In this document: positions 1 through 12,673 of the stretch, one piece after another
How the letters are laid out: each line of letters starts with the position of its first letter
Numbering within the stretch: the first letter of the stretch is position 1
NCBI RefSeq assembly: GCF_001194135.2
Contig: NC_068987.1
Coordinates: forward strand, 3,082,371-3,146,370
Reading direction: 5' to 3'
From: Octopus bimaculoides
Taxonomy: Eukaryota
Length of the DNA: 64,000 nt
Made by a program: the position numbers and the translations under genes
The notes under the pieces: generated by a model
The model's input: the letters and a program-made list of their open reading frames with translations, nothing else
What the model was told of the DNA's origin: nothing
The model's database searches: none

Positions 1-59
1 AGTGATCAATGTGTGCAGTAAGTTTATTAAACCTTAGCTAGTCTCTGACAACACAACAC

Positions 60-400
60 TGATACTTATCACTATTTGAAGTACGACAGTCGAAGCTGGC
101 AGATAGACAGAAGGACCACTTTTATGAGACTCTTTTACAAATCATCCCCAAAATGAATGACAGCAACTTCATTATCGTGGCCAATGGTTTTAATGGACAT
201 GTTGGACAATATTGTGAGAGCTTTGCTGGAATTAACAGAAGTGAAGTGAGGAGGGATCAACCTGAAGTTCTGTGATGCAAGTTACATCACCATCTACAAC
301 AGCAACTTTAAGAAACTGACCAGATTGACTTGATTCTTACCAGAGAAAGGGACTTACATTTGGCTGTAAATGCTAATTTTATTCCTGGTTAATTGTGTAC
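60..400 (+). mobile_element. Degenerate RTE-type LINE, APE endonuclease fragment
   Basis: Decayed FIIVANGFNGHVG (GDFNGHVG motif) and IDLILTRERD. Confidence 0.6.
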
Positions 401-689
401 CAACAAATATAGACTAGTTGTTAGTGACTTCAGAGTAAGAGCTGGATGGACACAGACAAAAGATGACCTGGAGAAGGAGGACATAGAAAACGAGAGCAAA
501 CAACTCGCAACTGGGTGAGGACATTAAGTGATGCATACAAGATAGAAAAGGGACAGAAAAGAACAAATGTAGAGGACAACTGAGAATTTCTGTAGAATAG
601 CCTATTGAGAGCAACAGACCAAACTAGTGGCTGGGGAAGAAGAGGATGACATGGTAGTGGAATTGCTCTATAAATAGAGCCATTAAAAC

Positions 690-1150
690 TAAAAGGGGAT
701 CAATACCAAGTATGAAGTATTTCTAGCAAGTGAGGAAATTCTGAGGAATAAGTTTGCTAATGTTTTAATATGTAGAGACATGAGGTATTTCAGATTACTA
801 GGCAGTGTGTGAGTGGAAATGAGGATGTTGGGGAAAAGTGTGTCTGGGGAGATGATGGTACTCTTACAAACAGGGAAAAGAAAGAGGCTTAGAAGTTCTC
901 CTTCATACTTACAGAAATTGTACATCCAGTAGAGTATGCTTGCTTTATTTTTGTTGAGTTTGCACAAGTCCGCTACATCCAGAGCCATTTCATTACCATG
1001 TAACATTGCTCTTTGTACACAAGCATCATACAATCTGCCTTTTACACTGAGAAAGAAACGGAGGTAATGGTTCCCTGGATTTTCTCTTGTCTTTTCATAC
1101 TCTAGATACAATACTTTCAAAATACCCTCTCTCACTGCTGATGCGGTCAT
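690..1150 (-). mobile_element. Degenerate RTE-type LINE, RT C-terminal fragment
   Basis: SVKGRLYDACVQRAMLHGNE...L.KLNKNKASILYWMYN resembles the RTE post-RT region (KGRLY.ACVR.AML.G.ETW). Confidence 0.75.
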
Positions 1151-1681
1151 TTGGCTAATGGAAACTGTTCACTAGCTACACTTTTGGGCATTTGAGAAAA
1201 TCTATTTCCTGTGTGTATGTGTGAGTTTGTGTTTGTGCCTCCTTGGCATCACAAGAAAGGTGAACCCATAGAATAAGTACTTGGCTTTAAAAAAAATTAA
1301 GTCCTGGGGCTGATTCATTTGATCAAAAATTCTTCAAGGTAGTGTATTAAAAATAAGCTATAAATATGGTCCAATCGAGGTGTTTGTTAATCTGAAGTTT
1401 TCTCCATTTTCTTATTATTCGTGTGTATATATATATATATATATATGTGTGTGTATGTTTGTGTGTCTGTGATTGTCCCCCACAACATCGCTTGACAACC
1501 GATGCTGGTGCATGTATGTTCCTGTAACTTAGCAGTTTGGTAAAAGAGACCAATAGAATAAGTACTAGGCTTACAGAGAATAAGTCCTGGAGTCAATTTG
1601 CTCAACTAAAGGTGGTGCTCCAGCATGGCCACAGTCAAAATGACTGAAACAAGTAAAAAAATAAAAGAATATATATATATA

Positions 1682-1838
1682 TCATCATCATCATCATCGT
1701 TTAACATCCGCTTTCCATGCTAGCATGGGTTGGACGATTTGACTGAGGACTGGTGAAACCGGATGGCAACACCAGGCTCCAATCTAATTTGGCAGAGTTT
1801 CTACAGCTGGATGCCCTTCCTAACGCCAACCACTCAGA
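1682..1838 (-). mobile_element. Family C copy (subfamily with GGTGAAACCGGATGGCAACACC, shared with the 8968 and 14305 copies)
   Basis: (CAT)n-CGTTTAACATCCGCTTTCCATGCTAGCATGGG...; abuts the tail of a family A SINE. Confidence 0.85.
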
Positions 1839-3719
1839 GAGAGAGAGATGGATGTGTATGTTGGTGTGTCTATGTGTGCGTTTCTGTGTGCACACGTGTC
1901 TTGACATCATGTGAATTGTCACTGTTATGTGAACAATGTTCTTTGTTTCCCGTCTTTCGTGAAAATATGTCCAACCAAGGAGAAATCTTAGTTTGCTTGA
2001 AAACAGATGAGAGTTGGCAGCAGGTAAGGCATCCTGCTGGAGAAACTCTACCTCAGCAAATTGCATCTGACCCATGCTAGCATGGAAGAGTGGATGTTAA
2101 ACATTGATGATGAGCTGACAGAGCATATGTTGAAGAGGTTTGACCTAGCGACTGAAGAGGAGGACTGACAAATTAGTAAACAAAGAAGAGACTGCTGCAG
2201 ACCCTAAGACTGAGATGAAGGAATCGAGAGTGGGTCTTTAGTAAAATAGGTTAAAGGGAGATTAGTAAGTTTACAGTAGGAATTATTGATAATAGAGGAG
2301 AGATGAGTTAGTATCCTTAGAAGTTAGTATTGTTTAAATAAAGATGAAGCAATAATAACTGAACAAATAAAGGAGCGCAGGATTTTGTAATTATAGAAGT
2401 AACACTGAGATAAAAAGATAGTACAATGGGATGATTGGAAGGAAGAGGAAAGTATTGGAGTTATTAAAAAGGCAGTTGTTAGAAGATAAGCATGAATGAA
2501 ATAAAATCTGCCACAATACACAGGACCCGTGTGGATGGGCTGCGTTAAATATGATGAAATGATAAATAAAAAATACATTTTAATCAGTGAGCACGTGAGT
2601 AATTGGCTGTAAAGAAAATGTATTTATGTTAGAGTACACAGATATATGGGGGCAGATAGAGGACCTGACCAAGAATCTTCATTGTTTGCCTGGATTCCAT
2701 GTTGGCATGGGTTGAATGGTTTGACAGGAGCTGGCAAGGCCAGGAACCACACCAGGTTCAATTGTTTTGGCAGGATTTCTACAGCTGGACGCCCTTCTTA
2801 ATGCCAACCACTTTACAGAGTGGACTGGGTGCATTTTACATGGCACCAGTGCTTTTTATGTCGACCCCCCCCCCCAGGTAATTTTGTGTACAGTGTGGTA
2901 TTTTAGGGTTGGGGAAAGTGACATTTAAGTATTTAAAAAAAAAGACAATAGAATAAGTTGTTAATAACAGCAGAACCAATCTGCATGCAGCTGACTGGCT
3001 ATTATAGCAATACTAACCTGTACATGCAAAGCTACTTTCCATATATACACACACACACACACACACACTGCAGAATTAGAAAAGCTAGCTTGCAACACCA
3101 AATCTCTGAGGATTTCCTGAAGAAGAGGTCTTAACCTCAAAATATTGAAATATAAAATGAAAGTACAAACCATTGACTCATTTCTAGTAAATCACATTGT
3201 TTGTCTTTGTAAAAAGATTAAAAGCATTTATATCAGACAATGCTTCTCGTAAACTACTCTAAAATATATAATATGTATATTACATTTATATTAAATAATT
3301 ATGTCAGTAGAATGCAGTGGGTTGGAATCATGTTAAAATAATCTTAAAAGAAGTGAAATTATTATGAAATAGAATAAATTATACTAAAAGAGCTAACTAA
3401 TTAAGTAATAGGAAATAGGATGAATAATTATATAACAGGAAAAAAATTCTATGCAGGATGGCTATGTGGTTAAGCAACTTGCTTTGCACATGGTTTGGGG
3501 TTCAGCCCCAATGCACAGCACCTTGAGCCAGTGTCTTCTACTATTGCCCTTGGCTGACCAATGCCTTGCATGTAAATTGCAGAGATGGGAACTGTGTGGA
3601 AGCCCATTGTATATGTGTATATATGTCTGTGTGTGACTTGTGTCACCTTCTCTCCCACCGCTCGACAACCAGTGCTGGTTTGTTTACATCCCTGTAATTT
3701 AGCAGTTTGACAAAAAGAA

Positions 3720-4960
3720 ATGGAATGGTGAAAATAAGGTTAACTGAGGAAAATTAACAGGTTGGAAATATTCATCCAAAAAGTTCTGTGGTTTGTGTTA
3801 CGGTTTAGTTTTGCAAGGTTTGAGATAACTAATATGTTAGTAAAATATGAAATTTCAATCATATTTTTTGATAAAAAATTAGTAGTACTTATGTTAACTA
3901 ATTTTAAAATTCCTTAACCACTGTAGTAGCTACAGTGGTATTAAATAGGGAATTAAACCAGCCAACATTTCTTTTTCTAAATTTATGTAAGTCCTAGGTC
4001 TGTATTCAATGCAAGTGCTTCTGTATTTGAACCTATTTCTAGATAGAGTATTGTTATAAATTTAAGAGGAACCTGTGAAGATTTGCTTATTGTCAGGAAG
4101 TGGGGGCAGTTTAAGAAAGATTAGGGATATTCCCCCAAGAGATTTGAGTACTTACATAGTTCAAAGATTCATTTAATTTATGGTAAGGGAAATATAAAAT
4201 AAACTCTAAGGTGATGTTCTGGAAGTTAGCTTTAGAAGATTGTTATCGATTGTGATCTGTTATCCTATGTTTGCACAAAGGGTAAATATATTCTGAATCA
4301 GGGATTGTGGATTGCAATTCCTTTAAGATCAATAAACCATCATCTCTATAAAGACTGCTTTTAACGTCAGAGAAGACCATTTTAAAGTTGTGTAATATAT
4401 ACTGACCAATAAGATCACTAATTTCTGCCATGTCACTTATACTCTCCTCCATCCTCTATGATAATCATGAAAGGTGAATTAAACTGTTTATTAATCCATA
4501 TAGAGTTGTTATAATTGCTGAAGGTTTGGCATGTGTGCAAAATGATTTCCGTTTCAAGGTTAATTATATGTGTGATGGAGCTGGTGAAGTTAATAGTTTT
4601 GCATTGTATAGATTTAGTGCGCAAGAGAGACATAGTTGTTTTAAATATTAAATTGAAAGAATTTCATACTATTCTCATTTGGATCAATAAATAACTTGTA
4701 GGTTATTATTTCAAGGAGGCCAGAAAGCTATGTTGTAAACTGCAGTAATTATTCTGGCTAATAAACGATTGCTTATTATCCCTATATTAGTTTTAGCGAT
4801 ATTGATGTGTTTAATTGATGGCAATCAGCTTTATAGTATTTGAAGTGTGTTGGTGGGGTGAGCAACAGTGGCTCAGTTTTATTTCTTCATAGATCAGAAA
4901 TGATTTTAAACCTTTGCATGTTGATCTGTCTGAGAGTTCTCCCAATCTGTTCTGTTTTTT
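3720..4960 (-). mobile_element. Penelope-like element (PLE) reverse transcriptase fossil
   Basis: Ordered decayed motifs FFQFNI (FxQFDI), AEISDLIGQYIL, LYRDDGL, LNYVST (YV..SNHP), RKRNVGWFNSLF (RKRNIIWFNPPF); many stops and frameshifts. Confidence 0.8.
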
Positions 4961-5053
4961 GTTTTTTGTTAGTGTTTGTAATCGAGTCAAAGATAAATAT
5001 ATATTTAGACGATCACCAGTAAATATATATCTACACACACCTTTATATATATA

Positions 5054-5087
<34 letters not shown>

Positions 5088-7065
5088 ATTATGTAGATAA
5101 GGTTATAATCCAAGCTGTGTCCTTTTCAATCATGTCTGCTTATTCCAGTATTCCAAAGTTGTATATGGATGTTATATTTGTGTGAGAAATGCATAAGAGT
5201 TGAAAAATACTGGGAAATAATTTTTGCAGAGTAATTACAAATCAAAATAGGAAATTGGAATTCTCTGTTGGTGTTGGTGTGTTTACATCTTTATAACTTA
5301 GCGTACTGGGGTCAACTTGTTCCACTAAAATCCCTTCAAAGTGGTGCTCCAGCATGGCCACAGTCTAATAACTGAAGCAAGTAAAACATCCTATATTGTT
5401 TCATAGATGTATTGTCTTCATCCTTATCATTGTTTAACATTCACTTTTCCAAGCTTGCAAGAATCAGACAGAATTTTTTGAGGCAGATTTCTTACTGCCA
5501 GATGCTCTTCCTGTCACCAACCCTTGCCTGTTTCCAAGCCAGGTAATATTTCCCCATAGCCAGACATGTTTTCTCAGAAGATTTACAAATGGAATAACCC
5601 TCACTTTTGTTGCCATTGTAATGTGTCCAGTTTTCAAGAATTGCTTAATTTAAAAATTTCAAGGATTTGAGCCATCTGACTTATGTTGTTTATAGATTAT
5701 TTTTTGACCATTAAACTGGACATTTATTTTGAATCTCCAAAATCCAATTTCTCTCCTGGTGTGGTGAGATTTTTAGTACAAGGAGACGAGCAGACAAGGA
5801 AGTGGCTGGAAGAGGTTGGCTGCACCGTTACTTGTGTCTCTTTTATTGAAACAGAACAGTAACAAAGGAACAATAATGGAATTCTGTTCAAACTTGGTAA
5901 AACATAAATGAGGAATGTAAACTATTTGAAAATTTTAAAACTTACTCTACATAATTTGCATATTTGAGATTTAAATACATAAATACCTAATTAGCATATT
6001 TAATCCCTCTATCTCTTATGTTAGTTCACTTGTCAAGGCACATGTTTGTATTGTTATACTTCAAAGTGAAATGCAACAAGGGAGAAGACAAGTGTCCAGG
6101 GCAAAAAAAAAAAGAAGTTTTCTTTGGTAAGAACTGAAGAAAAAAAAATTGAAATGTTTTCAGAAGTGAATAGTGAGAGTTTTCTTTTTGCTTTGTTTTT
6201 AGCACAAAGGCTGAATGGATCTAATGTCTTTAAGTAATCCCTCAAATTGTGCAAATGATAAGAGGCTAATTGTGTGTAATAAGTAACATCTTTAGTTTCG
6301 AGTATTTGGGGTGGGGGGGTTTTCCCTGGTCACACTGGATGCTTTATTGTATTATGCTAACTCTCTGTCCACTGTTTCATCCATCCATTTGCTCTGCCCA
6401 TTATTCCCTGGAAGGGTCGTGGAGCTAGAGTCCTCAGAGTCCTCAAAGAAACAACCATCATTACAGCTTCCAACTGGATTCGCAAGCATGACCAACCAAG
6501 AGTATGGATATCATTATCCAACCATCTCATTCTTGGTCTCTAACCCTAGGTTTCCTGCTGGTTGGCTCTTGTGATTTTTTCCCTGTCATTCTAATCATAT
6601 CTGTAATACCAGAACTATGATCTCTCAGTGTGAAGAATTTGCAGCTCAATATAGGGAGACTCCTTCATCTCCACCATTCCATTCCTCCATAATTTCATTT
6701 TCTAGGAAAACACAGACGTTTTCTTCCTTTTGACGAAGCAAACATTTAGCAGGATTCTCAAAAAAAGGGGTCCCAAATTTAATGACACAGGGTTATGAAG
6801 TATAGGAAATTACAAAGATATTACAAATGTAAGCAGACTTTTAGGAGGCATGTCCAAGGTGCCATGCAGTGGGACTGAACCTGAAACTATGTGGCTGCAA
6901 AGCAAGCTTCTTAACCACACAGCCATGCTTGTGCATAACTAAAAAAAAAAAAAAAAAATAGACAAACCAATAAATAGTGGCAACCAACTGGAATCTGAAT
7001 GCTCCCTTATTGGGGTTTTAAACTAATTTACTCACTCTAGGATGCCACCATATGTTCTAAATTTG

Positions 7066-7389
7066 AAAACTAGAACAGTTTGGAAAATTACTATTTGTAA
7101 ATCTCACAACGAGATATTCAGTAAAAGTACTTTGGAGTAAAGATTGTTTGCCAACATAACATGGCAGTCCTGGTTTAGGACTGAGTGGGGGTGCTAGATT
7201 CCCTTGTTCGAGAATATAAGGACACAGATCATGTTGTATAGCCAGCTGGAGACGATGTCTCCTGGGGCTAAATTACAGCAACATTCGTCCTAAACCAGGA
7301 CTGCCATGTTATGTTGGCAAACAGTCTTTACTCCAAAGTACTGTTGCTGAATATCTCTTAAATGTCTGCAACACAATTGTTCTAGTTTT
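7066..7389. repeat. Fold-back (long inverted repeat) element
   Basis: 71-bp arms 7111-7181 and 7287-7357 with 3 mismatches; outer 12-bp IR AAAACTAGAACA at 7066-7077 and 7378-7389. Confidence 0.85.
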
Positions 7390-8545
7390 GTGATCCACTG
7401 TTATGTCATTCCTATCTGCACTTTTGGTATGGCACCATTCAAAAGTCCTGGTCTTGGCTTATGTTTTTTTTTTTTTTTTGTTTACACCTTTACAAGTGAA
7501 AAACTACCGATTGCATTTGTGGTATCCGTTCTTTTTGCATTTAAGGGGATACATTGCTCTGTGTTCTAGCAAAAGGTGTTCAAGATTTGATGATGTCATC
7601 AGAAATATTCTACAAGAAAGAATTTGCATTTTACTAGATTATTCTCCAATGGTGCATAGTCATCCCACTTAAGTGGCACTCTTGGAACCCCGATAAGATT
7701 GGCCCAGGATGGAAACATACCCTGATCATAGGAAAAACTTCAACCTGGTTTGCTTTATTCAACATATGTGCAATGATATATTCGAAAATGGATTTTATTC
7801 ATAATAATATAGAAATGAACTCTAGAATGTAGCTTGATAGTAACAGACACAGCAAATGGAATACATTTTCTACTTGCCACTCATATTGACGGACCAGCCA
7901 AAAGAATGTTATAGATGGTAAAATAGCTGCTAGATTTGGCCAAATGGTAATTCTGACCAAGCAATCAAGAGATCTCTAACTCTATGGTTCAATGTTTCTG
8001 AAATGACTCGTAGCAAATGAGCTGAGGAAATTGGTGCGCTTCTGCTTTAAGTGTTATAATGGAATATTTCGTTAGCTGAAATGTAGAACAAGAAAATGTG
8101 TGTGTGTGTGTGTGTGCAAATGTTTTGTAAAGTATTTTTTGTGAATGTTTGTGTATACGTGCAAGTGTATGTGTACATTAAAATACTTGTGTGCATTTAT
8201 AGTTGCATACATGTATGATGTGACAATTTAGCTAATACATGCTTCTGGAAAAAAAAAAAAAAAGAGAATGATTCTTTTAATCTGTCAGTAATGGGAGTGA
8301 AAGTGGAAGAATGGTAATTAGTCATTAGTCAGTGATTAAAATCCATTTAACCAGTCCATTCAAATGACATTGAAATAAATCAGAATCTATCAGTGTTTCT
8401 AATGAATCATGTACCCTAACATTGCAAGAATCACTACCACTCTTATTACTTACCCATCTTTCATCCACATCGGCTTCTAAAAACCATCCTGATTTTTTTC
8501 CCACAAATTCTTGCAGATCTCTCTGGTTTTGATACACAACATAAC

Positions 8546-8776
8546 TTAATCCATTAAATTCCAGAGTACTTAAATTTCTGAATATTACTTTTAAATTTTT
8601 ACAGATGATTGAAAATAGGTTAAAATGAAAAAAATCATTATTAAAACTCCTTTACTTCAAGTAGAAACGGAAATACTCGGTGTCCTATAAATAGGACACT
8701 GGGACAATGTGATATAGCTTATTTAATATTCTCATTTAGTGTCCTATTTATAGGACAGTGGGACTTAATGGGTTAA
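8546..8776. mobile_element. piggyBac-like MITE
   Basis: TTAA at both ends (8546-8549, 8773-8776); imperfect TIR (T/C)CCATTAA(A/G)T(T/C)CC; two subterminal palindromes. Confidence 0.6.
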
Positions 8777-9086
8777 ATTATTGGAGCAGGATAGCAATTA
8801 GCTAACCATCTAATCTACCTCATATGATCTACATGGTCCCTCTCAATTCTTTGGTTTCTACTTTAAAACTTCACCATGTCAGCATTTCTCATGCTGTACC
8901 TCCCTCTTGTTAATGCAATCGCCCAAGTTTCACAAACAATGGGACCATCAAACAGCCGGAGTATGTTCATCATCATCATCATCATCATCGTTTAACGTCC
9001 GCTTTCCATGCTAGCATGGGTTGGACGATTTGACTGAGGACTGGTGAAACCGGATGGCAACACCAGGCTCCAGTCTGATTTGGCAT

Positions 9087-9356
9087 CATTTATATTATTT
9101 ACATTTGATGGATATTTGTCCTCATCTTGTTTGTTGTTAACACGTTTCGGCTGATATACCCTCCAGCCTTCATCAGGTGTCTTGGGGAAATTTCAAACCT
9201 GGGGTCTCATTCCTAAGGTATTTTTCCATATTATTATTCAGGTCACTGCCTGGAATCGAACTCGGAACCTTGGGGTTAGTAGCCTGCACTCTTAACCACT
9301 ACGCCATATACCCATGTAAATAATGTCCATAATTCCTCATCTCTTAAATATAGAAC
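9087..9356 (-). mobile_element. Family D copy 1: tRNA-like head, hammerhead-like motif and tail, with an inverted tail fragment at its 5' end
   Basis: A box TGGCGTAGTGG, B box GAGTTCGATTCC, core CTGATGA at 9170-9176 (-); inverted tail at about 9315-9356. Confidence 0.85.
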
Positions 9357-11287
9357 AGCAGGAGTACGTTTTTGCAACTTTAATAACTGCTTTATCAGCA
9401 ATATTGAGGCCAGCTGGAGCCTTGTCTTCTACTGGTTGTGTGTCTGAGAAGTTTATAATGAAACCTAACAGTTCTAGTTTCAATCCCACTACACAATACA
9501 TTCAGCCAGTGTCTTCTACCACAGTTTGAGGTTAATAAAATCCTTGTGAGTGAAATTCAAAAGGTCATTGAGGGGTTTAAGTAGTTGTAAAATGTTCAGT
9601 TACCCAGAGTGCTTGTGCATGAGGTGCATAAAGCTTACAGCAGGCCCGCAGCTAACTGCAAAACTAAAACCAGCAAAGAAGATCAGCTGTAAACTTCAAA
9701 TATGAAATGTCATTATTTCATTAGAAATAAGTACAATTAGTTGACCTGCTGATAAATATTGATTTTAGAATAAAAGATGACCTAATCTTTTTGCTCATGT
9801 GGTTATTGTAATACTAAATGTAAAAATCTTCTATCCTCATACAAAGCTACTTTTCCCTTCTCATGGCTTGTGCCTAGCAATTTTAATTTCAACCTAACCA
9901 CATTCTTCTCTAACTGGCATCTTTCGTGTCGAGCGAAACAATGAAATATTTTTGAAATATGTTTAAAGTGACCTGTATTTGTCTTGTCTGCTGTTTTTAA
10001 ACCTTAACACAAAAAACATTGAAAGTGAGAAGCTGCTGTAAAGTATATAACCTGGCTTTTAATGACCAGAGAGAATAAGTTTAAAATGGGTTTAGTGCAG
10101 TTTAACTTAGTTCCAGCCGGTGACCTACTTAGCTTTGAGTTTAAATCAATTACTCTTTTGTCAGCTGTGACAACTGAAATTCGTTAATAAACACCCCTGG
10201 GTTGTTGAATCTTAACTCTTTAACACAACAATTTCACAATAAAACATTTCAGTGAAAAGAGCCATTTTACTGATGATAGAAATATGCATAGATGACTGCG
10301 CTTTAAAGTGTTGCCTGAAGTTTTGTGACTTTTGCTGGAAGGAGAAGACAGTATTCAATAGAAAAGTTGAATAGCTTTCACACCTTTTGGATTCATTCAT
10401 CACTACTACAGCATGTACAGTGAAAGCTGTGCTTTGCTAAGGAGGTAGAAATGAGACCAAAACCTATATGGAGTTGTCTCCCCTCATAAAGTATTGACTT
10501 CCCCTTGCTCCATATTAATCTGTAGTTATTTAATGCTCCATCAATTTGGTTTACACTCATTCCTCAGCCTTTCACCCCAACAAAACTTCATTGGGACTTT
10601 TTTTAAAAATTTCTCTCAATACTAATCAAGTTAATCATTAATTTTATTGTTTAACCTTAGGTCAGCTCTGATCCAATAGGCTTGTAATTAAAAATGTTTC
10701 AGCCATGACCATTGTATCTCTATTTGAGACTCACTGTATCTAAGACAAAATCATCCACTGTGTTCTTGAAGGTAAGAGTGTGATTTGAAGGCAATGTGGC
10801 TGATTTCTAGCAGGTCAGGCAACCTCCTAAAGGATCATTGTTAACATGTTTAAAGTGAGAAAACTTTGAAAAATGTTTTGAAGTGATTTACTGAAATAAG
10901 CCAATATATTTATAAATCATTGTATATATATTGACTGTTCTGTAAAGCTTGTATTATATACACTATATTATATAGACCATTTTATACAGACTAGACGTAT
11001 GGACTATTTTATATAAACCATATTCAAGGGCCTCTCTACTAAGATTCTCTGACCCCATATTCCTGCAAAATTTGGCTAAAGTTACAATCTGAAGATCTCT
11101 GGGGTTATTATATTCTATTTCCTGCCAGTGTTGTCTGGAAATATCTTAAAAGCACCCAAATGATTCAACGGATCATTCTTTAAACTGATCCCAAAACGCT
11201 TTTTCCCTTTTTTTTTTTTTTAAATAGTACGATTAGAATAGATGAACCTCTTTCAAAAAGAATTGTTTAACAGAAAATAACCACATT

Positions 11288-11505
11288 ATTTACATTATTT
11301 ACATTTGTCAGATATTTGTCCTCATCTTGTTTGTTGTTAACACAATGTTTCGGCTGATATACTCTCCAGCCTTCATCAGGTGTCTTGGGGAAATTTCAAA
11401 CCTGGGTTCTCATTCCTAAGGTATTTTTTGATGTTATTATATGGCGTAGTGGTTAAGAGTGCAGGCTACTAACCCCAAGATTCCGAGTTCAACTCCAGGC
11501 AGTGA

Positions 11506-11537
<32 letters not shown>

Positions 11538-11635
11538 GTAATATCGAAAAATACCTTAGGAATGAGAACCCAGGTTTGAAATTTCCTCAAAACACCTGAT
11601 GAAGGCTGGAGGGTATATCAGCCAATATGTTGTGT
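11288..11635. mobile_element. Family D copies 2a (-) and 2b (+) in a head-to-head inverted arrangement
   Basis: 11288-11440 is the reverse complement of the body and tail; 11443-11635 has head, (AAT)n and CTGATGA at 11596-11602. Confidence 0.85.
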
Positions 11636-12673
11636 GGTAAGAACCACATGATTCTGCCGTGTGGTACTTTGGGCAAGTGTTTTCTAATATAGCCCCTAAT
11701 ATAGTCTTGTGAGCGCTTTTGATTGATGGACACTGTAAGGAAGCCTGTCATGTGTATACATGTGTGTATGTTTGTCTCTCCTTGTCTTGACATTGCATGA
11801 TAGTTTTAAACAATTGTCACTGTCATACAAGCCTTGACATTTATTTCCAATGTTCTGCATAAAAATATCTGGCCGTAGAAAAATTTTGCCCTACTTTGGA
11901 AATGGGTGAGAGTTGGCGACAGGAAGAGCATCCAACCATAGAAATTTCACTTCAATAAAGTTCACCCACCCCAACAAACATCAGGCTGTGTGTTGTGTCC
12001 TTGAGCAAGACACTTTATTTCACATTTCTCCAGTTTACTCAGCTGTAGAAATGGGGTTGATGATGTCACTGGTGCCAAGCTGTATCGGCCCCTTTGCCCT
12101 TTCTCTTGGATAACATCAGTGGCATGGAGAAGGAAGGTTGATATGCATGGGCGACTGCTGGTCTTTCGTAAACAACTTTGCTCAGACTTTTGCCTGGGAG
12201 GGTAACTCTCTAGGTGCACGAAGGATGGTGGGGTTCTGTTTACCCTTTACGATGATGATGATTCATGTGAAATGCAGTTTTTACTTAAAACATTCACGTG
12301 CGCAATATATACGAGAACCACATGTCACCATTTTTTCCGAAGTCCTCGTATTCAAGATGGTGTAAGTGAGAATCTATTGTCTGAGCAAATCTGATGTGTA
12401 ATGAAAAGTTAAATCGTTGTAAAAAGTGTTGCATCTGTTTTTAGGATGGTGGAGATACAAGTCTTTCTCTTCTGTCACTCCAAGTTGTTTACTGTCATTG
12501 TAACATGTTGAAGTGATTCAAAAGTAAACATATAAAACAGGTGTCGGTTGGGATGTGCAGGTGAAAAGTTTGCAGCCTTATCACTTGGTTCCTGTTTCAG
12601 TCTCACTATGTGACAGTAGCCCCCAGAACGGAATTGACAAAATACTTCTATGTTCCTCTTGAGAGACAATGTG

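Noticed and set aside
9247-9307. tRNA gene calls for the heads of families A, B, D and E
   Set aside because: A and B boxes are present, but there is no proper acceptor stem and they are embedded in dispersed repeats, so they are tRNA-derived rather than tRNA genes
12290-12450. CACGTG plus AAGATGGT|GTAAGT, looking like a first exon with an 85-nt intron
   Set aside because: The spliced frame stops after about 23 codons and its phase does not fit the ELOVL 28441 exon; could be a UTR exon but unsupported
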